The notes beneath the pieces were generated by a model. That model worked only from the letters and a program-made list of their open reading frames with translations, ran no database searches and was not told the origin of the DNA. Made by a program: the position numbers and the translations under genes. From contig JYFJ02001976.1 of NCBI GenBank assembly GCA_000934665.2, positions 45,380-65,379 on the forward strand: a stretch of 20,000 nucleotides of DNA, written 5' to 3'. Of the stretch, positions 1-8,660 are shown piece by piece. Source of the DNA: Catajapyx aquilonaris (Eukaryota). Positions within the stretch are counted from its first letter, which is position 1, and the number at the start of each line of letters is the position of its first letter.

Positions 1-155
1 TCAACAATGACAACACTGGGACAACAATTAGTGCAATAATGTCAGGCGTCCGCCATATTTACTTGAGTCATATTGTTGCCTGCCTCACATTATTTTCACC
101 CCGAGTGCTCTCTCTAGGTATTATCAAGAGCTAATAACTGGTATTATATATTGTA

Positions 156-175
156 GTGTTCCTCATGAGGAACAC
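156..175. repeat. Perfect 20-bp palindrome at the centre of a diverged inverted-repeat structure (~65-270), probably a decayed non-autonomous DNA transposon
   Basis: GTGTTCCTCATGAGGAACAC is its own reverse complement. The flanks retain patchy inverted similarity, e.g. left TATCAAGAGCT vs right revcomp TATCAAAGCT, and left TTTTCACCCGAG-like vs right revcomp TTTTACCTGAG. Termini not identified. Confidence 0.55.
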
Positions 176-484
176 CCCGATGAGTAATAGGCACCGGACA
201 GCTTTGATATAAATATATTCTCCAGCTCAGGTAAAACACGTCTGTTCTATCAGACAATCAGTTCACAACTCCTCCCAAACAACTCCCAACACTATATGTA
301 CACTGTCCCATAGCAACAGTTTTCAATGCACAACTCGACCTGACAACAATACACTAAAGTTCTGTTGCCAGGACCCGAACCACTACAATATATTATAGCA
401 GAACTCTTTGACACAAACCCATGGCAACAATGACATTAAACAATGTTAATGGTGCCATGGTATCAGAAATGATTGATTGTTGTT

Positions 485-911
485 GATGATGATGATGATG
501 ATTTTTTGTTGTACCCCGTGCCAGGGCCCTAGGCCCTCTTAGGGGAGTGGAATACCACCATCCGGTGCAGGATAGGGATAATGAGGAGGAAACACTGGTG
601 CAAGTGCAATGTCTCAAGTTGGGGGTCGTGTGCAGGCCCTCAAGGGGCCCGTTCGCCAAAATGATACCCTACATGCGGGTCAGAACCCCCCCACGGACAC
701 CGCACCTCCACGTGGACGGGACAAGGGTAGGAACGGAAGGAAGCGGCTGTGGCCTATTATTTAGGAAGCAATCCCGGAATTATCCTGGGGGGACCGTGGG
801 AAACCACAGAAAACCACGGTTAGGATTGCCGGCCCCGGGACTCGAACCCAGGACCTCCCGTCTCCCGATTAGCAGTCGAACACCTTATCCACTCCACCAA
901 ACTGCTTCGGC
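485..911 (-). mobile_element. tRNA-derived SINE (SINE-A), apparently full length, with (ATC)n tail
   Basis: On the minus strand the head reads GCCGAAGCAGTTTGGTGGAGTGG, with Pol III A box TGGTGGAGTGG (889-899) and B box GGTTCGAGTCC (838-848). The 3' tail is (ATC)6 at 485-502. Candidate TSD GATTGTTGTTGAT (475-487) vs GATTGCTGATGAT (912-924), 11/13 match. Confidence 0.85.
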
Positions 912-991
912 GATTGCTGATGATTACATTACCATGGAAACAGGCCGTACGAAGAACGGGATCCTCTGCTAGTTTTAAGTAATATTGTATA

Positions 992-1186
992 CAGGGTGAC
1001 TCTAAAGTCAGAATACATAGGTAATTGGATTGTATTGTTGGTTTCTACTGTAGTTGTGTCAACTAGGTGATTGTTGACAGTAAGTAAAGTTTGAGTTGCA
1101 CAGTTGGCACTTGGGAGTTTGGCACAACTGGCAACCGACAATGCAATTCAATTACCTATATGTGTCCTGACCTTATAGTCACCCTA
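992..1186. mobile_element. Tc1/mariner-type MITE (CAGGGTG termini), 195 bp
   Basis: ~50-bp imperfect TIRs: CAGGGTGACTCTAAAGTCAGAATACATAGGTAATTGGATTGTATTGTTGG vs right-end revcomp TAGGGTGACTATAAGGTCAGGACACATATAGGTAATTGAATTGCATTGTCGG. TA at 990-991 and 1187-1188. Confidence 0.85.
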
Positions 1187-1715
1187 TATTATGTAGAGAG
1201 GGGAATATCACATTGAGACCTGAGGTATACCGTACCTGGATATTTCGCGAAACTGGGGTGCTCAAATTTTTTGCGACCGTTTTTTCATGTTCTGGGCATA
1301 CAATTTGGTAAAATAATTACTATGGCAAATATATTCTATACTAGTGAACCCGTAGCCAAAATTTGGCAAAACCTGCAACCCCCCCCCCCCGGCCACCTAC
1401 CGGCCACCCTTCCCCCCGGCCTGATGATTTAGTGTAGTGACCAGAAGGTGGCAGAACTCACCAAGGCCTCCTCCCTCCCTCCACCCCACCCACCGGAGCG
1501 TTCCAGACACAGGGAAGAAAAAAATAAGGCGATGTATTTTTTATTCGGGTCTCAGGAGGATATCAATTTTTGATGATCCTTCTGCCGTCTTTCGAAGACT
1601 ACCCCATTTATGGAAATGTCATTACTCATTACGTATACTTTATTGCGTATTTATCCATGTAGAAAGAGAAGTATGTGGAGTACTCGTATGATATGCTTGA
1701 TTGCTTTGATATATA

Positions 1716-2258
1716 CAGGGTGTTTATTGTAACTCTGCAAAGACTTTCAGGGGTAATAGAGGGGACCAAGACAAGTATTTTTGACATAGGAACCCGTGTC
1801 CGGAAACGCCATCTAGAGGGGGTTCATAAACAAGGAACGGGTGCGCTCAGACGCTTCACGCGGAGGCACTAGGTGAGCGGACTGTTTTGTTGATTAATGG
1901 CGTGCAGTTGTTGCCAGGTGTTGGTGTATCGCGTCGTTGTAAGCAAACAACGATGGGGTACGCCATAACCTGGCAACAATAGAACCGCTGTTTACTCTCC
2001 GCGCGTCTCCTAGGAGGCGGACTTTAGTTGCTAGATGGCTCTGTTGTTGCCAGGTTATGTCACTTCGTATCGGTCTTTACTATCCGATCGCCATCTATCA
2101 ACAAAACAGTCCGCTCGCCTAGTCTGAGCGCACCCGTTCCTCGTCTATGAACCCCCTCTAGATGGCGTTTCCGGATACTGGTTCCTATGTCAAAAATACT
2201 TGTCTTGGTCCCCTCAATCACCCCTGAAAGTCTTTGCAGAGTTACAATAAACACCCTG
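1716..2258. mobile_element. Tc1/mariner-type MITE (CAGGGTG termini), 543 bp, with ~170-bp TIRs
   Basis: Left arm 1716-1902 (with a 17-bp extra segment at 1853-1869) is the reverse complement of 2089-2258 with few mismatches. TA on both sides. This explains the near-identical mirror ORFs 1675..1872(+) and 2060..2254(-). Confidence 0.95.
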
Positions 2259-3612
2259 TATATTGAGGACTCTAATGCCAGTTCCTAGGACCGTACGTGA
2301 CATGACCGGGGAACAAATGATAATTTAAGCAGTGCGACAAAATAGCTGATACAGACACGAGCAGATCGTGTTCCATTCCGCATACTAGGGGGAAAAAAAG
2401 TGATGAGATGCCAATTATTATTGTGGGAGTGACAGGCACATTAGCGCGAGTTGGAGCTCTTTGATGGTGCAAAGGCTGGGGAACAGACACGAACTGTAGG
2501 TACCGCGTGTGTAATGAGTGCATGGTGGGTGAAAGGTGTAGCAGCTGTAATCACACGTCGTTCCGGACCCACCTCTGGGACGTTTGATTGAGAGTCCTCC
2601 TCCGTTACAGCCCCCGAATTCAATCCAGATACTGCACCACACACATAAAAATTCCACTTGTCAGCCTTCAGATAAATGGAATCACAAATGCAGAGGGGAC
2701 TTCTTTCATTAGAATTCCTCTTGCACGCAATGAATAAAACCACCCTTCTGACACTCATCAGGGAGTGATTGTGTTGGCTGTTAACTTTAAAATTGAGAGA
2801 TTTTGAAATTTTCCCGCCTATATTTTGAAACGTAAATTGATGATGGTGTATCATTCCAATAATGAAAATCGCTTACTAATCTTTATGCTTAATTTTTAAA
2901 TTTCATTTGGCCAACAATATGGGGATGTAATATTGTCTAGTGCGGCCATTTCGTGAGTCCTCGGCCTGATAGTAACAGTGATTGCACCATATACGTGACA
3001 AGACTGCGTAGAGGGCAGCAAAATGTCATAAGATTGAGAGTTGAGCAGTCTGGGACATATATAAACGCTGGGATTGTGTGTGTTACTCAGAATGGAACCA
3101 TGAACTCACCACCGGTGATTCATGAACATGTTGGTTTGCATACTCCTTCATGACTTTCGTTAAGTTTGCCAACATATTCTAAGACGTGAAAGATAGCAAT
3201 AAAATCTGAGGCGGCGAAATGAAACCAACAACAAATGATGTAAGGCATGTCGTCCAGGAAATAGTTACAGAAACTCATGGCGAAGAGAAAAAGGATGAAA
3301 GTTGGGAAGTACAAAATGTCGTCCCCCAAAAGTCCCTCCTTTTTCAGGGATTAAAGTAATGACAGCCATTACTGCCACCAAAGAAAAGAAGAAGAAGAAC
3401 AGGAAGAGGAGCGTTCCACATATTTCAAAACGAGGAAGATCAAAGAAAGGAAGCAAGAAATGAAACTGCCAACTTTTGCCAGTAATTACTTCACGCCCGA
3501 TATAAATCTTCACTGTTGCGTTGTTGTTCTGGAAGTACCAACATTATCTAAAATGCTTAAACATATTTTTATCATTGCACTTCATAATGTTATACTAATT
3601 CACCGCTCTATG

Positions 3613-3859
3613 CATGGGCGTAGCCAGGATTTAGGTTAGGGGGGGGNGGGGGCAGGACGCAAATTGTGTCTGGGGAGGGGGACATTTTTCGGTTCAAGGT
3701 CACAACCCTTCCTCAAATGGGGCAAAACGGAAAAGAACCCATAGAACAGTGCAATTTTGCACTGTTCTACAGGGTTTTTGCGCGTTTCCTCCCCCCCCCG
3801 TTTTTCTGCACATCCCTGAGATTTAGGGGGGGCAGCTGCCCCCCCTGGCTACGCCCATG
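3613..3859. mobile_element. hAT-superfamily MITE, 247 bp
   Basis: Perfect 16-bp TIR CATGGGCGTAGCCAGG (3613-3628) / CCTGGCTACGCCCATG (3844-3859). Perfect 8-bp TSD GCTCTATG at 3605-3612 and 3860-3867. G/C-run subterminal regions. Confidence 0.93.
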
Positions 3860-4299
3860 GCTCTATGCGTTGATGTAACAATAATTGCATTACCTTATGG
3901 ACGACTAGTGTTTTCAGCAATATTCCCCTTTTTTATGCATTTTTTCACTGCTTAAATGACAAATTATGGTACAAAAACTATGGCATGTGATTTTAAAAAT
4001 GAGTGAAACTAGATATTTGGCAATATACAGTACGGTACCGTATATTTTTCTTAAATCATCAAAATTGGTGCAGATGACAGCGATTTATTTATTTGTTTAT
4101 TTAGTCAACTTTTTGAGCTCTCGCAACCCGCAGTTGGAATATTTTCACTGTGTAGTACTTTATCGTGTCTATATGCTTTTGTGACCTTTAACGACGTGGT
4201 GATTTGCAGAGTTAGCAAAAAAATAGCAGGATTTGTCTCCTTTGCCAGCCATGAGAATTTCCGGAATATGAGAATAACCGACTTTAGCAGAATTTTATT

Positions 4300-6050
4300 C
4301 TGGTGAACAAACAGCCAATGTGAAGGTAGTGACCCGAAACCCTACTGGATCAGCTTATAGGTTACTCTACGTTTGCTGAAAGCAGCGAAGTAGATCAATG
4401 GGTGTGCCCAAAGTGGAATGGTCCGTGGTTGAGTGTCGACAAAGTCTAGCAACAAGCTTGTTCTGCTTCTTTTGTTGGCGGCAGCCCGGATTTTTCGGAC
4501 ACATTTCCGGGCCCTGAATCCGGAACGGAACGCGTGACTAAACTCACCACCCTTTTGGCAAGACCCTCTTCAGCACCCGGATTCGACCAAGCCTCGAGCT
4601 GCGCATTCACGTCCTCATTTTTTTGCCAAAAAAGTACAATATTATTGCAAGCTGCCACACTACTGCACCTGTCACGAACAGAGCAAAATAAAGCCTTCTC
4701 CACTATTTTTCATTTCAGGGGGAGTTTTCCCCTCTCAATATATCCCACTTCTTCCTTTAAAAATTGTAGTGCATTATTGGAAAGGTTAGGACCGTCACAC
4801 ATTGCTGGTATGGAAAAAAATGTGAGAAAGTTTCATTTTTTTCCGCCGCTGCTTTTAGGGGTAGGATTTTTATCCGTGGAATTTTTTGGGGTGCTAAGCG
4901 GATAACGGCGTGCGAATTTATGCATATATTCGGGTTGGACCCCATGATTGCCTTCAAAGCTTCCCCACCTGGTTCCCACGTACTACTGAATTATAATGAA
5001 TCGTAATCCTGTTAATTCCGCCATTTGCAGATATGGTTTCGTTTCGGTTGCACTAACTCGTAAGTCGGAAAACCCAACCGGTTTGGATCCCTACCCAAAT
5101 GTCCTCACATCTCCGGCAAACCGTACATGCCTGAGTTTAGCAAAAGCCACCAATCAATATAGTTGGCCTATTATGCTTGGAAATAGTTTAGCTGAATCCC
5201 TGCATGGCCCTTTTCTCTTTTTCTGAACAAATCATTCAAATGTTTTATGTATAGGCTCTATCTTACGCTCTCCAGACATTGTTACGCAGTCATACGTCAT
5301 ACACAAAAAGCATCAATTGAAAGTGAAAGAGGTGGATAACTCTTGCTCGTACGCTTGTACAGTAAAAATAATGCTCTATAATTATGTCATTTCTCACGAC
5401 ATTCAGGGATGTAATATCCATGGCCTAAGATTCATAATGAACCAGGAAGTCAGGATTTTCTATCTCGACTGGCATATAAACAAGTGCAAGGTCAACTCTT
5501 TGTCTAGGATTATCTCGAAAGTGTGTTTTTTTGGACTTTGTGCCGACATTTTGTGATAGAAAAATTTGTTACATCAGCCTATTCGAACCTATCCCAATTT
5601 TTCTATGAAAAGACTGAACAACTGTGAAATAAATTCGAGTCTCTCGGAGGGCTTCCAAATGATCCCGATCACCTGCCTGCAGTTGGTGCAAAGAGGCAAC
5701 AACTTCCGGAAGTTTCACAGCGTTTCCTTCTTCAGACACCTTTTGACGCCCTGAAAGGGACCGCGAATATTTACCCTCCTTCAAAAAAACCCCAAGCTTC
5801 CGCCACCAGCGGAATTCCTGGGTCTTTTTGCATGCCTTCCAAATGGAAAGGGAGCTCCAAAGGTGGAATCAAAGAGCAAGGCAGTCCATTAGTAGTCTTC
5901 TTGCTTGCATACCAGTATATAGGGCAGAATGAGTGGAAGCAATTTGTCGGAAAAGGAGTGCAATTATTTTCAGTTCACGTTTCAAAGAGAATTTGGACAT
6001 GTCTAATCTTTCCCCCTTTCCAATTTCTACACCTATCTCACCTCATCACG
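4300..6050 (-). pseudogene. Possible very degraded non-LTR retrotransposon APE endonuclease plus linker remnant
   Basis: By-eye minus-strand translation across stops and frameshifts gives, in order: QILFET* (ETW-like, 5975-5983), RPRNSAGGG.LGFF (~5790-5825), VDLALVYMP (VYMP at 5470-5481), NDIII, NYIDW (5150-5161), NNIVLFWQK (~4620-4645). Spacing is partly too long and boundaries are approximate. Confidence 0.35.
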
Positions 6051-6511
6051 TGCTGTGTAAAGCATCCTAAGGTAAATTTACCTACTGTATCTTATGATTT
6101 GACTTAATTCATTGGGAGTGATAATCATATTGAAAAGGGTTTTCATCAGAAACTGAAAGGATACTTGAGCAAGAATGCGCCTGGTATAACAACAGAAAAG
6201 GAATCTACAGTATACACTGTTTTCTACGCCATGCTGTAATATTACAGCATTGTTACAAAAATGAAATTATTATTATGGCACCCCGAGTTAGACGCGATAT
6301 ATCACTGGGTACTTAACATTTTTTCAAATGCACTATATTACTCAGAGTTAATGATTTATTAGCTCTTTATATTGCGGTGTGTAATATGGGCCTGGGAGCT
6401 AGTTAAGTGTAAAACAATGACAGGCTCCTGAATTTTAGTTTGAATTTCAATACAACTTTCATATCGCAATAAAGCAGTCTAACTGGACAGAGTTCCAGCA
6501 GGCAATGGATA

Positions 6512-6843
6512 GGTTTGTTTTGTACTACTCTCTGCACTTGGGACACCACCATATTTTCTTACGCATTTTTTCGCATATTTCCTTCAGTCTTCGGTGCAGG
6601 GAATCAAGGACATTGGGTAAGGATATAGGGATTTTTGGGGAGGGGACACGGGTGCAAGTGCGTTGTCATTATGTGTGGATCACGTGCAGTCCCCCAGGAG
6701 GTTCGGTTGCCAGACACCTCCAAGGTGCGGGTCCGAGACCCTCCCGACGCGACGCAGGCGAAAGTGAGCTTACAGGCGGGGATCGAACCTCGGACATTTC
6801 ACTCAGCAAGCCGAGACATTACCATCTCGGCCACCACACCTCC
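6512..6843 (-). mobile_element. tRNA-derived SINE (SINE-B)
   Basis: Minus-strand head GGAGGTGTGGTGGCCGAGATGG with A box TGGCCGAGATGG (6822-6833) and B box GGTTCGATCCC (6779-6789). The 3' part (~6540-6667) resembles the 3' part of SINE-A. The 3' boundary is approximate and no clear TSD was found. Confidence 0.75.
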
Positions 6844-7029
6844 ACACAATTTCAGCAATACAAGTAGTATTAAGGTGTTTATTATACAATAAATTATTGT
6901 TAATATATTTTGTGTCGAAGACTACATGTGTCACACGTTATGAACATTGTTATGTTCAATCTAGAATTGCAATAGGTCCGTAACCTGTATAGCCACCAGT
7001 TAAAATAACAGAGAGGAAAGTTAATTTGG

Positions 7030-7781
7030 TTTTTGCTATAAGTTATGGTGTAGATTCATGTAATTCGTTTTTGAGGCTTCATATTTAGAGGTCCTGCAAA
7101 TCACGAGTCCTTCGGAATGAAAAGAGAATCATGCATTACGGAAACCAGTTTTTCGAGAAATAATACGAGTATTGTGATCCAATCCTATTCTGACTATGTT
7201 TGCATGAACACTGTCCATTGCAGCAGTTAAGGCCGGTATCGACGTGCGAGTGCCTCGTATGCGAGAAATCTTGTACGTCGAGACGGACTCTTGGTCGCCT
7301 CAGGGCCCTCTTGTCCCTCGAAAAGGGTATTAAAGTTGAACAATTTTCAACTTTTCCTCGTTCCTCGGATCCAGGCATGCGCAGTTGGCTCCTCGTATGC
7401 GAGAAAACTTGTACGTGGATACCAGCCTTTTAGACTATACAAAATCTCGAAAAGTGAATAATTCTTATTTGATTTCACATTATCTCGAATAGGATGTAGT
7501 CCTTTTATTGCATAGGAAAATTTAAGCTTCATATTGGCAACTCTGTTTCCAGTCTTCCTTGCAATGCGAATTTCAATATCAGGCATTCTAAATCTTGCAC
7601 TGACACGTTCTGTGAGTTGGCCAATTGAGAAAATTGTAGACAATGTCGAAAGAGGAATACCGTACTTATGCCACGCAATGTTGAAGGAGAGGAAATGGAA
7701 ATAGTAATGAAGGAGGATAGTATAAAGTATAAACCATTGTAAATGGATTTCTGCATTCTGGAACAGTTCCACTGTGCACAA
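7030..7781 (-). pseudogene. Putative Penelope-like element remnant (RT C-terminal linker plus GIY-YIG endonuclease start), interrupted by a MITE
   Basis: FSIGQLTERVSARFRMPDIEIRIARKTGNRVANMK resembles the Penelope 'PY...lse.i.r.l....i.vafk..n.l' linker. Removing the 7230-7428 MITE and one TSD copy joins it in frame to ILYSLNCCNGQC (VY.i.C..C-like). The YIG motif itself is not preserved. Confidence 0.45.
7230..7428. mobile_element. PIF/Harbinger-like MITE, 199 bp
   Basis: TIR AGGCCGGTATCGACGTGCGAG vs right-end revcomp AGGCTGGTATCCACGTACAAG. Probable 3-bp TSD TTA (7227-7229) / TTT (7429-7431). Internal direct repeat CCTCGTATGCGAGAAAWCTTGTACGT at 7253-7278 and 7391-7416. Confidence 0.7.
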
Positions 7782-8199
7782 TCGATAAATATGGTGTAAT
7801 TGTCATAAAGAGGGTGAATTAAAGTGCAAGAGAAATAAAGGCAATGAACCAGTCAAATATGATGAATTCTTTAGTCCCGGCACATTTTATTACTGGCATG
7901 TTAAAGTTGATTTAAACATTAATTGCACAGAGTACTGGACGAAGGTCCTCTGATCAATATGCAATTATTCACTAGCTTCGTTGTCTTCACATATCTCAAT
8001 TTTGGCTGGTGTTAAATTTTTACACATTGGACTTGTTAATAAAGTTTATATTATTTTACTCTCAGATCGAGAGATGTTACTGAACACGACAGGATGTTGC
8101 AGAACAGCTTTAGGCAACAGGTTACTCCAGCTTATTCCCTGAGGTGGGCGTTAATAATGAGAAACAGAGTACACCTAAGGTTACATTCAATTCATATGG

Positions 8200-8660
8200 T
8201 AAAGGTCTCTTTCCCTTGCAACTGGAGGGAATCAACGTGAAAGAAGTATCCTGCCCTGACACACACTAAATCAAAAGCATGGTGAAAAACACGGGCAATT
8301 CATGCGCCCAAGAATATTTTGACAATAGGGATAGGCGTACCTGCATATGAAAATGGCTATTTTCACAACAAGAATCATGAAACACTCAAACAATAACCAA
8401 ATAACTGCCAGTATCAAAACGCCAACGCAAAACACTATAAGAACAAACCCAACATAATATTTTAAGAAACACTATGATACGACCAGCAATACTAACCCAA
8501 CACCACAATATATCGACATCCATAACACTAATATCAAAAAGAGGAAGACAAAAGAGTTCATTCATGATTAATAGCCTACCATGCATATTTACACCAAATC
8601 CAACAAAATACCGATTAACTAATTAATCAAAATATACGACGTGTACAGCACCAAAAAAAC
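8200..8660 (+). pseudogene. Possible LINE reverse transcriptase C-terminal remnant (A/C-rich)
   Basis: Strongly A-rich sense strand. Translation contains NILRNTMIRPAI (TMIRPAI at 8471-8491, resembling 'lYk.lIRP.l') and an upstream frameshifted CNWR/GINVK (~8217-8243). Only two weak motifs. Confidence 0.3.

Noticed and set aside
838..911. Functional tRNA gene (also 6779-6843)
   Set aside because: A and B boxes are present, but I found no convincing cloverleaf or T-run terminator, and the sequence continues into a SINE body.
917..950. Hammerhead-like CTGATGA...GAAACAGGCCGTA
   Set aside because: Stem II is not closed canonically, stem I is absent, and CTGATGA lies within the SINE's probable TSD.
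393..972. ORFs 393..659(-) (poly-His/Gln) and 547..972(+)
   Set aside because: They lie largely over SINE-A and its (GAT)n tail. The poly-H/Q is microsatellite translation.
1200..1570. Possible decayed DNA transposon (C-runs, GGCCACC repeats, weak TGAGACC/GGTCTCA inverted match)
   Set aside because: No convincing TIR pair or TSD could be defined.
1675..2254. Apparent duplicated small gene pair on opposite strands
   Set aside because: Artefact of translating the two MITE TIRs. The same applies to ORFs at 10398-10739 and 15624-16179.
3050..3465. Lys-rich plus-strand frame, possible pogo-like transposase C-terminal remnant
   Set aside because: Only compositional resemblance, with no DDE or HTH motif visible.
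5460..5556. Plus-strand LDWHINKCKVNSLSR resembling an RT 'N..KC.v' motif
   Set aside because: It is isolated, has no flanking YADD or LGV motif, and overlaps the opposite-strand endonuclease-like reading that has more supporting motifs.
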